Assembly (NCBI GenBank): GCA_963664305.2 | Contig: CAXXLV010000002.1 | Span: forward strand, 1,312,001-1,376,000 | Source of the DNA: an uncultured Aliarcobacter sp. | GTDB lineage: Bacteria; Campylobacterota; Campylobacteria; Campylobacterales; Arcobacteraceae | DNA length: 64,000 nt | Direction: 5' to 3' | Shown here: in pieces, positions 1 through 9,642 of the stretch | Numbering within the stretch: the first letter of the stretch is position 1 | Layout: each line of letters opens with the position of its first letter | Notes under the pieces: generated by a model | The model's input: only the letters and a program-made list of their open reading frames with translations | Database searches by the model: none | Told to the model about the DNA's origin: nothing | Program-made: the position numbers and the translations under genes

Positions 1-479
1 GCTATTGGAAGTCCAATTAGTAGTGGTGCCACAGAGATTAATAATATCCAAGTAATTATTCCACTTCTTTGAGCTCTATCATAATATGCAACATATCCTA
101 AAATTGCACAAATAGCTCCTGAAGCTCCAACTAAATTAACTTGATTATCTAAATAATAGATATATAAGAAAGATAATAAAGAAGTGATAATCCCTGTTAT
201 AAAATATAAAAGAACTATCTCTTTTTTACCTCTAAATCTCTCTATTAGATTTCCAAACTGCCAAAGTACAAACATATTCATTCCAAGATGAGCTATTCCA
301 CCGTGTGCAAAAATTGTAGTTAATGGCTGCCACCAAAAGTCATAAACCATAAAATATAAATTTAATCCAAATAATAATCCACCTTGAGGTATGTTTATTT
401 GAATAATATACATTATTACAGTTATTAATATAATCACATTTGTTGCTGTGAAATCTTTTTTACTAAATCTTTTTAACAT
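1..479 (-). CDS. Rhomboid family intramembrane serine protease (3' end runs off the window)
   Basis: Not in the ORF track. Manual translation from ATG 479: MLKRFSKKDFTATNVII...WWQPLTTIFAHGGIAHLGMNMFVLWQFG...VGASGAICAILG. The HxxxxHxxxN and GASG rhomboid motifs are present. Confidence 0.9.
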   Translation of the reverse strand, partial: MLKRFSKKDFTATNVIILITVIMYIIQINIPQGGLLFGLNLYFMVYDFWWQPLTTIFAHGGIAHLGMNMFVLWQFGNLIERFRGKKEIVLLYFITGIITSLLSFLYIYYLDNQVNLVGASGAICAILGYVAYYDRAQRSGIITWILLISVAPLLIGLPI

Positions 480-1050
480 TGTTTTCATAAGCCTTTATAG
501 TACAATCTATTCTTCTTTTTATTTCATCTTTATCATATAAATTAAAATCTATATAAAATCTAAAAATCTCTGTTTTATCTGCTTTGAATGAAGTCATTAT
601 ACTTCCAGAACAAATTTTACACTCTTTTGATTTTTTATTTGGGTCTTTTTTGTCATTTTCAATTATTTCGTAATCTATAGTTAAAAATTTGTTTATATCT
701 TCTTTTGGCTTAGATGAAATTGCATCAATATAAAAACTATTGATTTCATTTAAACTAACAAACTCTTCAATAATTGATTTTGAATATACAGATTTAACAT
801 ATTGACCATTTAGTTTATAAAAACCTTTATCTAAAGCTTTTATTGAATCATTTAAAAGTTTTTGATTGAATACTTTTGAAGTAGAATAAATCTCTTTTTC
901 GCAAGAAAGAGGAATAACTTCCTCTTTTGTTATTGGTCTATCACCAACGATATACGTTGAATATAAAACAATGATTATAGAAATCATTGCGATAGAGGCT
1001 AATGTAAAAAAATTATTTACAACTAGACTCTGTCGTCTTATTTTCTTCAT
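463..1050 (-). CDS. Hypothetical membrane-anchored protein
   Basis: 195-aa ORF with one N-terminal hydrophobic helix, tightly coupled between lon and the rhomboid gene; contains CKIC. Confidence 0.7.
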   Translation of the reverse strand: MKKIRRQSLVVNNFFTLASIAMISIIIVLYSTYIVGDRPITKEEVIPLSCEKEIYSTSKVFNQKLLNDSIKALDKGFYKLNGQYVKSVYSKSIIEEFVSLNEINSFYIDAISSKPKEDINKFLTIDYEIIENDKKDPNKKSKECKICSGSIMTSFKADKTEIFRFYIDFNLYDKDEIKRRIDCTIKAYENNVKKI

Positions 1051-1051
1051 T

Positions 1052-3472
1052 TTAATTTTCCAAAGCCTCTTTTAATACATCTTCGATTGTATCAACAGCT
1101 TTTATTTCCATTGCACTTTTAACTTCTTCAGGAATTTCATCTAAATCTCTGTCAAAGTTCTTTCTTGGAACTAAGGCTTTTTTCATTTTTGCTTTATATG
1201 CTGCAATTAGTTTCTCTTTTAATCCACCAATTGGTAAAACTTTACCAGAAAGTGTAAGTTCTCCTGTCATTGCAACATCAGCTTTTATAGCTTTTTCACT
1301 TAAAACTGAAGCCATTGCAAGTGCCATTGTTATACCAGCACTTGGTCCATCTTTAGGTGTCGCACCTTCTGGAATATGTAAGTGAATATCGTATCTTTTA
1401 TAAACTTCACTTGAATCAATTTTTTCTTTTTCTTCCTCTTCTTTGAAAGATTTTGGAATTATTTTATCATTGATTTTTAGAGTTTTATTATCAATTAATA
1501 CTTTTACAACTGAATAAGAAATTCTTGAAGATTCTTTCATTACATCACCAAGATTTCCTGTTACACTTAAACTACCTTTTCCTTTTAGTTTAATTGCTTC
1601 AATTTTTAAAACATCTCCACCAACTGCTGTCCAAGCTAGTCCATTTGCAATTCCAACAGAATTTTTCTTTTCAGCTGGGTCAATTTCAAAAATTGGATTA
1701 TCTAAATATGTTTTTAAATCTTTTGTTCCAATAGTTACTTTTTCAATTGTTGAATCATTTAAAATTTGTTTTACTACTTTTCTAAATAATTTAGAGAAAA
1801 CTCTTCTTAAATTTCTAACTCCAGCTTCTCTTGTATATTTTGAAATAATCATCTCAATAGTAGCTTTATTTAAACTAACCTCAGTTTTTTTAAGTCCATG
1901 TTTTTCTAACTCTTGAGGAATTAAATAATCTTTTGCAATGTGATATTTTTCATTTGGTGTATATGAAGAAATTTCAATGAACTCCATTCTATCTCTAAGT
2001 GGTGCTGGAATTCTTCTAGCATCATTTGCCGTTGAAACAAAAATTACTTGAGATAAATCAACTGGGAAATTTAAATATAAATCTCTAAATTCATGATTTT
2101 GCTCAGGGTCTAAAATTTCAAGCATTACTGCTGTTGGGTCACCTCTATGGTTAGCTCCTAGTTTATCAATTTCATCTAAAACCATAACTGGATTCATTTT
2201 TTTAGCGTCAATTAATCCTTTGATTAATCTTCCTGGCATCGCTCCAACATATGTTCTTCTATGTCCTCTTAATTCATTAACATCTTCCATTCCACCTAAA
2301 GCTATTCTAATAAGTGGTCTTTGTAATGCTTTTGCAATAGAGTTTGCTAAAGAAGTTTTACCAACACCTGGAGGTCCCACAAAACATAAAACAGTACCTT
2401 TTGATTTTAAATCTTCAATTTTTCTTTGTTCTAATAACTGTTTTACTGCGAAATATTCTGAAATTCTCTCTTTTGGTTTTAATAAAGAGTAATGATCTTC
2501 ATTTAATTGATCTTCAACGCTTTTTACTGATATTTTTTCATTTGCATATTCACCAAATGGAATATCTAAAACTTGTTCTACATAAGTTTGTAAAAGCGAA
2601 GCATCAGGAGAATCTTGATTCATTCTACTTAATTTTTCAATCTGTTTTTTTGTCTCTTTATATGCTTCTCTTGGCATAAACTCTTTTTTAGATTTTAATC
2701 TCTTTTTATAAGCTTTTATCTCTTCATCTTTTTGGTTATCACCACCAAGCTCTTTTTGAATAGCTTTTATTTGCTCTTTTAAGAAATAATCTTTATGAGT
2801 TTTTTCTATTTTTGAGTTAACTTTTTGTGTTATCTCTTTTTGGATTTTAAATGATTCTATCTCTTTTTTAATCTCTTCAATAATATCAAGTAATCTTTGT
2901 TCTACATTTGTTTGTGAGAAAAGTTTATAAGCTTCATCTTTTTTTACTTTTAAAACTGATGAAATTAAATCTGCAATTCTTGTAGCATCATCATTTTCTT
3001 CAATTGTTTTTACTAAATCAGCGGGGAATTTTGTATTTAATCTTGATAATTTTTTAACATTTTCAATTAAAACTTCAATTACTGATTTAATATTTTCTTC
3101 ATTTATCTCTTCAGTTTTTAAAATATCAACTTTTGCAAAAAGTGCATCTTCTGTATTAAAATCTAAAATTCTACCTTTTGCTAAACCTTGGAAAAGTACT
3201 TTTATTTTACCATCTGGTAAAGATACTTTTCTCATAATATTTCCAACTACTCCAACATCGTAAAAAGAATCAGTTTCTCTTTTGCCTTCTTTTCCGTGTT
3301 TAGAAACAGTAACCATAACTAATTTATTGTGTTCTATTGCATACTCAACTGCTTTTATATTATGCTCATTGCTTAAAAAAAGAGGAGCAATCATAAAAGG
3401 GTATAAAAATATATCATCTTCAATAATTAAAGGTATAGTTTGTGGAAATTCATCATAATTTTCTAATTCCAT
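1052..3472 (-). CDS. lon: ATP-dependent protease La (Lon)
   Basis: LON N domain, Walker A GPPGVGKTS, RRTYVGAMPG, catalytic PKDGPSAG and GGLKEK. Confidence 0.98.
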   Translation of the reverse strand: MELENYDEFPQTIPLIIEDDIFLYPFMIAPLFLSNEHNIKAVEYAIEHNKLVMVTVSKHGKEGKRETDSFYDVGVVGNIMRKVSLPDGKIKVLFQGLAKGRILDFNTEDALFAKVDILKTEEINEENIKSVIEVLIENVKKLSRLNTKFPADLVKTIEENDDATRIADLISSVLKVKKDEAYKLFSQTNVEQRLLDIIEEIKKEIESFKIQKEITQKVNSKIEKTHKDYFLKEQIKAIQKELGGDNQKDEEIKAYKKRLKSKKEFMPREAYKETKKQIEKLSRMNQDSPDASLLQTYVEQVLDIPFGEYANEKISVKSVEDQLNEDHYSLLKPKERISEYFAVKQLLEQRKIEDLKSKGTVLCFVGPPGVGKTSLANSIAKALQRPLIRIALGGMEDVNELRGHRRTYVGAMPGRLIKGLIDAKKMNPVMVLDEIDKLGANHRGDPTAVMLEILDPEQNHEFRDLYLNFPVDLSQVIFVSTANDARRIPAPLRDRMEFIEISSYTPNEKYHIAKDYLIPQELEKHGLKKTEVSLNKATIEMIISKYTREAGVRNLRRVFSKLFRKVVKQILNDSTIEKVTIGTKDLKTYLDNPIFEIDPAEKKNSVGIANGLAWTAVGGDVLKIEAIKLKGKGSLSVTGNLGDVMKESSRISYSVVKVLIDNKTLKINDKIIPKSFKEEEEKEKIDSSEVYKRYDIHLHIPEGATPKDGPSAGITMALAMASVLSEKAIKADVAMTGELTLSGKVLPIGGLKEKLIAAYKAKMKKALVPRKNFDRDLDEIPEEVKSAMEIKAVDTIEDVLKEALEN

Positions 3473-3513
3473 TTTTATTTAACTCCTAAAATCTTTATTA
3501 TTCCGTTTTGAAA

Positions 3514-4185
3514 TTATTCAAAAATTGATCTGTAGAAAGGAACTTTTACTGGTTCAATTTCTGCAGGATTTATCCAAGATTCTTTAACTTTTTGATCATA
3601 AAATGCTGCTGCTGCTTCTTTATCTCTTCTTACATAAAGTTCAGCAATTTCATTATCAAATGATGCTTTTGCCATAAATAATCTTGAATTTATTGTATCA
3701 ACTAAAGGCATATATGGTGAGTTTCTATATTTAGATTTAAACTCTTGAATTTGAGCGATTGTATCATCAACTAATTGTTGATCTCTAAATTGGTATTTAA
3801 ATCCTAAAAAGTTCGCTTTAATTTTTAAATATCTTGCATAATCTATATCTTTACTTAAACTAAATCTCTTGATATATTCATCTAAATAGAAGTTTGCTAA
3901 TGCATACTCTTCTTCATCTATATGTCCATTTACTAAAATAAGTATAGCACTTGGAATAAAAGGAGAATTTCTATGTTCACTCTCTAAAGAAGTATAAGTA
4001 TCATCTGCTTTATCTAAGTCGCCTGATGCAATTTGCTTCATCATTTTGTTATACCAATATATTGCAGGTTTATTATATTCTTCTTCCTCTTTTGAAGAAC
4101 AAGCAGATAAAACAAAGGCTGTACAAGCTATCAATAATAAATTTTTAAACTTCAAACTTTTTATCATTTTAATATCCTTTCTCAT
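3514..4185 (-). CDS. bamD: Outer membrane protein assembly factor BamD (ComL) lipoprotein; real start probably near 4167
   Basis: Lipobox LSAC, TPR-like helices, FRDQQL and Y-P-x-S-P-Y-like (YRNSPY) motifs. Confidence 0.88.
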   Translation of the reverse strand: MRKDIKMIKSLKFKNLLLIACTAFVLSACSSKEEEEYNKPAIYWYNKMMKQIASGDLDKADDTYTSLESEHRNSPFIPSAILILVNGHIDEEEYALANFYLDEYIKRFSLSKDIDYARYLKIKANFLGFKYQFRDQQLVDDTIAQIQEFKSKYRNSPYMPLVDTINSRLFMAKASFDNEIAELYVRRDKEAAAAFYDQKVKESWINPAEIEPVKVPFYRSIFE

Positions 4186-4272
4186 AAAAGTAGTATTCTA
4201 TCTAATAGTTGCTTATTATTTTGGTTATTCAATTTATATAAAAGAAATTTAATAAGAATAATTGATAAATAA

Positions 4273-6264
4273 TTAGTTTTTATAATTAAAATTATGTAAT
4301 TTATCATACTCTTCAACAAAAACTATATTTTTACCATTTACTTTTGCTTTATAAAGTAATTCATCTGAATATTTATATAAAACAGATTGTTCTATACTTT
4401 GGAAATATTTTGTAAAATCAACATAAACAACTCCTATTGAAACAGTAACAAATTGTGATGCTAGATTTTTTTCATGTTTTATTTCTAATTCTTCTACAGA
4501 TTTTCTTAATTTATCAGAAAATAAAAATATATTATCCTTTTGAGATGTTGTAAAGATTGCACTAAACTCTTCACCACCCATTCTAAATGCAAAATCACCT
4601 TCTCTTTTAAAGTTTTCTAATAATACTTTACTTATAGATTCAAGGACAACATCTCCTTCTTGATGCCCAAATGTATCATTATAAAGTTTAAAATAATCCA
4701 CATCCATTGTAAGTAAACAAAAAATTGTTCTATCATTTTTTGCTCTATTTAACTCTTTATAAAATATTTCATTAAAATATCTTCTATTATACAGTTTTGT
4801 TAATGGGTCAGTTATTGAAAGATTTTCAATATATTTTTTATCTGTTATATCATGTCTAATTGCATAATATCCAATAATATTTCCATTATTATCATAATCA
4901 GGATAAATCGTAGAATCTGTCCAATAAAAACTTCCCCCTTTCGTTTTATTTTTTACTTCTGATTTCCATATATTACCACTTGTAATTGTTTTCCATAAAT
5001 CTTCATAAACTTCAATTGGTGTATCTTCATGCCTCATTACAACATGAGATTGACCCAATAATTCATCAATTGAGAAACCTGAAATTCTACAAAATGCTTT
5101 ACTTACACTTGTAATTTTTCCTTCCAAATCTGTTCTTGAAATCATTATATTTTCATTCACAAGAGTTACATATTTTTTTAATTTTTGATGAACTTCTTTT
5201 ATTGCAGAAATATCAATACCAATTGAAACTATATACTCTACTTTCCCATATTCATCAAATATAAAACTATTTGACCAAGTATGTAAAGGACTATCTTCAA
5301 ATTTTGAAATTAATGAATTTTCATACTCTTTTGGATAATTTTCAATATTTTGTTCTGTAATCTTTTGTTTTACATTTTTATTTATATAAATATCCCATAC
5401 AAATTTCTCTTCTAATTCAGATTTTGTATATCCTGTTAGATTATTAACCCTTTCATTTATACTTACAACTTTATAGTTGTTATCTAAAATTATTATTGCA
5501 CAGTTTGTGTTATTAAAAAGAGCATTATGAAAACTTATTTCTTGCCTTAAATTTTTTGCTGTTTGTTTAAGTTGATAATTTCTTTCAAAAATTTTTTCTT
5601 GCATTGTTGATAATGCATTTGTTAAAATAGAAACTTCATCTATTATTTTCATATCTTTTTGTATATATAACTTTTCATTATTTGAAATTTTTTCAGCCAA
5701 ATTTGTCAAAACAGTAAGTCTTTTTGTAAGCCTATAACCTACAAGAAAAGCAATTAATGTACTAAATAAAATTTCTAATATTATTAGAAAAAAAGTCCTA
5801 TTTTCATTATCTGTAATAATTTTATTTATATCTGACAATTCATATAAAACTTGTACATTTGCTAATTTTTGTTCATCTAAAATTATTGGAAAAGATTTTA
5901 ATTGAAATATTCTTCCTTCTTTTTGAATATTTGAAATATTTTCATCAAAAATATTTTTAAATTCATTATTATCATTGAAATGCGAAAGTAAAATATTTTT
6001 TGTATTTACAATCCTAACTGCAACAATATGATTTAACTTACTAAAGCTACTAACTGCATTATCAATAGTTGCTAAATCATTTACTAATAAAGGAGTTTTT
6101 ATAATTTCAGCAAATAATTTACTACTTGATTCAATATTTACATTTGTAAGAGAATCTGATAAACTTTTTGATGAAGAAAAGTTATAAAATACAATTAAAG
6201 AGATAAAAAACAACTCAATTGTTACAAAAGATAAAATAAATTTGTATTTAAAAGATAATCTCAT
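4273..6264 (-). CDS. Membrane sensor diguanylate cyclase (periplasmic domain-HAMP-PAS-PAS-GGDEF)
   Basis: Two TM helices, HAMP, two PAS-like segments, DPLTKLYNRR, DVDYFKLYND, intact GGEEF with RxxD (REGD) I-site. Confidence 0.92.
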   Translation of the reverse strand: MRLSFKYKFILSFVTIELFFISLIVFYNFSSSKSLSDSLTNVNIESSSKLFAEIIKTPLLVNDLATIDNAVSSFSKLNHIVAVRIVNTKNILLSHFNDNNEFKNIFDENISNIQKEGRIFQLKSFPIILDEQKLANVQVLYELSDINKIITDNENRTFFLIILEILFSTLIAFLVGYRLTKRLTVLTNLAEKISNNEKLYIQKDMKIIDEVSILTNALSTMQEKIFERNYQLKQTAKNLRQEISFHNALFNNTNCAIIILDNNYKVVSINERVNNLTGYTKSELEEKFVWDIYINKNVKQKITEQNIENYPKEYENSLISKFEDSPLHTWSNSFIFDEYGKVEYIVSIGIDISAIKEVHQKLKKYVTLVNENIMISRTDLEGKITSVSKAFCRISGFSIDELLGQSHVVMRHEDTPIEVYEDLWKTITSGNIWKSEVKNKTKGGSFYWTDSTIYPDYDNNGNIIGYYAIRHDITDKKYIENLSITDPLTKLYNRRYFNEIFYKELNRAKNDRTIFCLLTMDVDYFKLYNDTFGHQEGDVVLESISKVLLENFKREGDFAFRMGGEEFSAIFTTSQKDNIFLFSDKLRKSVEELEIKHEKNLASQFVTVSIGVVYVDFTKYFQSIEQSVLYKYSDELLYKAKVNGKNIVFVEEYDKLHNFNYKN

Positions 6265-6265
6265 T

Positions 6266-7081
6266 TTACTCTTTTGGTAAAGTTAATTTTTCAGCTAAAT
6301 CTCTTATTATATCGTACTTATTATCATCTGTTTTGATAATATTTTCTATATTAATTTTTTCTAATAAATTTTGAGGAATATTAAGAAATGCTTTCTCAAA
6401 TTTTTTTTCCAAATTTTCTGAAATAGATGAATTATAAGCTATTGGATGACTTGGATATGATTGTGTTGTATAAAGAATTTTTAGCGAATCTTTCGTATCA
6501 ATATCAGTTAATGCATTAAAGGTTCTTTCAATTCCTCCACCAACATCCCCTATACCTCTTGATACACCTTTATAAACTGAATCATGAGAATTTACATACT
6601 CAAAAGTTTCATCTTTCTCAATATTAATATCATATTTTTTAAGTAGTTCATATTTTGTAATTATTGTTGCTGCTAATGCATTTGGAGAGGGGAAAAGGAA
6701 TCTTTTCCCTTTTAAATCATTTATATCTTTTATATTACTAGATTTATTTACAACTAAAATACCAACCAAATCTTTAGTTGCTTTAAATTTTGCGATATAT
6801 TTTTGTCTCTTATTTGCGATAACATAATGATAAGGATTCATATATGCAATGTCATAATATCCAGAATAAAGTTTTTCTTCAAATTTAGAAATAGAAGTCT
6901 CAATTTTTAAATCTATCTTTTCTCCTGTTTGTTTTTCCAAATATTGGATAACAGGTTCCCAAGATTTTATAAGAGCCAATGGACTTTGTTGAGGAACAAC
7001 ACCAAATGTTAATGCAAATAAATTTATAGAGATAAATTGTGAGATAAAAAGATAAAAAAGCATTTTTTCCACGAAAAACAA
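6266..7081 (-). CDS. PhnD/phosphate-phosphite-phosphonate-type periplasmic substrate-binding protein
   Basis: Signal-like N-terminus, TFGVVPQQSP, DIAYMNPYHY, FPSPNALAAT, SHDSVY motifs typical of the PhnD-like family. Start is uncertain (7081, 7072 or 7063). Confidence 0.85.
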   Translation of the reverse strand: MFFVEKMLFYLFISQFISINLFALTFGVVPQQSPLALIKSWEPVIQYLEKQTGEKIDLKIETSISKFEEKLYSGYYDIAYMNPYHYVIANKRQKYIAKFKATKDLVGILVVNKSSNIKDINDLKGKRFLFPSPNALAATIITKYELLKKYDINIEKDETFEYVNSHDSVYKGVSRGIGDVGGGIERTFNALTDIDTKDSLKILYTTQSYPSHPIAYNSSISENLEKKFEKAFLNIPQNLLEKINIENIIKTDDNKYDIIRDLAEKLTLPKE

Positions 7082-7284
7082 CCAAATAATTAATTTTATT
7101 TTATGATAACATATATCTAAAAAATTATAACTAAAATATAAAAATGTCTCTCCCTAAATATAATAATTATTACTTATCATAGATTTTTCTATAAGAAATC
7201 CTTTGTTTTCAAATATTATTTACTTATAGTTAATTAGGTATTATCTGATATAATAATTCAAAAATAATTTAAAAGGCAATATAA

Positions 7285-8049
7285 ATGAAACTTACATTAA
7301 TTGGTAATGGAATTATGGCTCAATCATTAGCAAGAGGACTTATCAAAAATCACGAGGTTGAGATAATAGGTAGAGATGTAGAAAAATTAAAAGTTATTCA
7401 AGAGAAAATGCCTCAAATTACTATAAAAGTTTTAGATGATCAAGAAGATATAACAGGAAAAAATATTTTATTTTGTGTAAAACCTTATGCTTTACAAAGT
7501 GTTTCAGCACGACTTGTTGGAAATGCAAATGTATTATTATCTATTTTAGCTGGAACAAAACTTGAAACTTTAAGAAAACAAATCAAAGCAAAACATTATA
7601 TTAGAACTATGCCAAATATTGCTGCTTCAGTTCAAAATTCAATGACAACTATCACAGGTGACAATGAAGCAAAAACAATTGCAGTAGAAATTTTTTCTAG
7701 TATTGGTCAAGCAATATGGGTTAATACAGAAATTCAACTTGATATTGCAACAGCAATTGCAGGAAGTGGACCAGCTTATTTAGCATTAGTAGCTGAAGCT
7801 TTAGCTGATGGTGCAGTAAAAGCAGGTTTAGAAAGACATTTAAGTATGCAACTAGTTCAAGGTTTATTTAGTGGAACATCTAGTTTACTAAAACATTCTC
7901 ATCCTGCGATTTTAAAAGATTCAGTTATGAGTCCAGGTGGAACAACTGCTGCTGGTTACGCGGAACTTGAAAAAGCTGGTGTAAGAAATGCTATGATAAG
8001 TGCTGTTGAAGCTGCTTTTGAAAAAGCTATCGAACTTGGGAAAAAGTAG
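7285..8049 (+). CDS. proC: Pyrroline-5-carboxylate reductase
   Basis: IGNGIM Rossmann start, VKP, RTMPN, GSGPAY, SPGGTT; extended -10 TGATATAAT at 7246-7254. Confidence 0.96.
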   Translation: MKLTLIGNGIMAQSLARGLIKNHEVEIIGRDVEKLKVIQEKMPQITIKVLDDQEDITGKNILFCVKPYALQSVSARLVGNANVLLSILAGTKLETLRKQIKAKHYIRTMPNIAASVQNSMTTITGDNEAKTIAVEIFSSIGQAIWVNTEIQLDIATAIAGSGPAYLALVAEALADGAVKAGLERHLSMQLVQGLFSGTSSLLKHSHPAILKDSVMSPGGTTAAGYAELEKAGVRNAMISAVEAAFEKAIELGKK

Positions 8050-8323
8050 TTTTACACTACTTGAAACCTTAATCAGTATCACTTTTTTAATTATTGTCAT
8101 AAGTGGTTTTAAATTTTCCACTTATGATGATGAACAAGAACAAAAAAATTTTATGCTTCTAAATAATTTAGAAAATAGATTTGATACAAATGATTACTCA
8201 CTTTTCTCTAAAAGTACAAAAAATCTCAAAATCATAAAAAATTCAACTATTGTTGAAACTATTACTGTTTCTAAGTATCAATTTGAAAATGAACAAATAA
8301 AGATTTTTAAGTATGAAAAATAG
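8036..8323 (+). CDS. Prepilin-like (pseudopilin) protein, CtsT-like position
   Basis: Probable TTG start at 8036 gives MGKSS|FTLLETLISITFLII, a type IV pilin-like N-terminus with E at +5. Confidence 0.7.
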   Translation: MGKSSFTLLETLISITFLIIVISGFKFSTYDDEQEQKNFMLLNNLENRFDTNDYSLFSKSTKNLKIIKNSTIVETITVSKYQFENEQIKIFKYEK

Positions 8324-8654
8324 TTTTTCTTTATTTGAAATAATTTTAACTTTAATAATTTCATCAATAGTTATAATCTATTCGACTATTTTTACAAAAG
8401 AGTTACTTTTTCAAAATAAACAAAACCAACAAATAGAAATTGATAAAATAAATTTTCTAGCTACAAAAATCTTTTTTGAAAAACATAAAAATGAATTACA
8501 TAAATTTTCATTTGAAAATAGTAATCTATACTTTGATAATAACTTACTTTTAAAAGATGTAAAAGAGTTTACATTAGATATTAATTCTCAAAAAGTTTCA
8601 ATTTATATAAATTTGAAAAACAATATTATTCAAACATGGGAATTTAATCTATGA
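8313..8654 (+). CDS. Prepilin-like (pseudopilin) protein
   Basis: MKNS|FSLFEIILTLIISSIVI: basic leader, F+1, E+5, hydrophobic helix. Confidence 0.75.
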   Translation: MKNSFSLFEIILTLIISSIVIIYSTIFTKELLFQNKQNQQIEIDKINFLATKIFFEKHKNELHKFSFENSNLYFDNNLLLKDVKEFTLDINSQKVSIYINLKNNIIQTWEFNL

Positions 8655-8977
8655 AAAAAGCTTATACACTTTTAATAACTATTATTTTAGTTACACTTTT
8701 TTCTTATGTTAGTATTTTGATTTTAGAGACAAAAGCATTAAGAAATGTAAATTTATCTAATCAATATTTATATATTCAAGCAAAAAATCATATAAATTTT
8801 TTTAAATCTTATGTTAAAGATTTAGATTTAACAAATATAAACCATCTTCAAATAGAAGATGATTTATTTGATATTTATGCAAATATAATTCATGAAAATA
8901 AAACTCAAAAAATCAACTTTTATGTAAAAGCAAAAGATTATGATATTTCATTTCATGAAGAGGTTATTAAAGAATAA
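8651..8977 (+). CDS. Pseudopilin-like protein lacking E+5 (GspK/PilX-like pattern)
   Basis: [22 protein letters not shown] overlap with the previous gene. Confidence 0.6.
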   Translation: MKKAYTLLITIILVTLFSYVSILILETKALRNVNLSNQYLYIQAKNHINFFKSYVKDLDLTNINHLQIEDDLFDIYANIIHENKTQKINFYVKAKDYDISFHEEVIKE

Positions 8978-9566
8978 CGTCTAAAACTTTTTTTGCTAGA
9001 CTCAAAGCCTTACTTCTATGAGAAAATTCTTTTTTTACTTCATGTGGAAGTTCTCCTAAAGTCTTATCAAATCCATTAGGAATAAACATCGGGTCATAAC
9101 CAAAACCACCCTCACCTATCTCTTTATTTATAACATTTCCATGCATCCAACCATGAACAGTATAAACTTCATTTTTATAAACAATTGCTATACATGCTGT
9201 GTAAAAAGCTGGTGTTTTTTCAATATTTTTAGCATTTAAATTTTCTATTAATTTTGCGTTATTTGATTTATCCGTTGCATTAGCTCCTGAATAACGAGCA
9301 CTATAAACACCTGGTTCATTATTAAGTACAGGAACTGAAATTCCTGAATCATCTGAAATTACAACAACATCTTCATAACCTATTTTTTTAAGTTCATCAA
9401 ATATTGTTTGTGCTTTTTTTATTGCATTTCCTTTGAAAGTATCTTTATCTTCTTCTATTTCAAGAGGTCCTAAAATTTCACTGAAAGCTATTACTTCATC
9501 ATTTGGAAGAAGTTTTTGGAACTCTGCAATTTTACCTTTATTTGCTGATGCTAAAACTATTTTCAC
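8967..9566 (-). CDS. rdgB: Non-canonical purine NTP pyrophosphatase (RdgB/HAM1)
   Basis: [32 protein letters not shown] motifs. Confidence 0.96.
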   Translation of the reverse strand: MKIVLASANKGKIAEFQKLLPNDEVIAFSEILGPLEIEEDKDTFKGNAIKKAQTIFDELKKIGYEDVVVISDDSGISVPVLNNEPGVYSARYSGANATDKSNNAKLIENLNAKNIEKTPAFYTACIAIVYKNEVYTVHGWMHGNVINKEIGEGGFGYDPMFIPNGFDKTLGELPHEVKKEFSHRSKALSLAKKVLDVIL

Positions 9567-9642
9567 AATTTTTCCTTTTAACCTATTATTAACTAATATT
9601 AACTATAATCTGCCCAAAATTATATTATGTTTAGGATTATAG

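Noticed and set aside
1400..1500. Charged insertion in the Lon protease domain (KIIPKSFKEEEEKEKIDSSEVY)
   Set aside because: As far as I recall this is typical of Campylobacterota Lon; it shows no intein or mobile-element features.
2220..2679. Short antisense or alternate-frame ORFs inside lon (and similar ones inside valS, soxB, znuC, ccoI, the DGC genes and others)
   Set aside because: Shadow ORFs overlapping well-supported genes, with no RBS or recognisable motifs.
6900..7085. 61-aa alternate-frame ORF at the start of the binding-protein gene suggesting a frameshift
   Set aside because: The main frame already supplies a plausible signal peptide and is uninterrupted.
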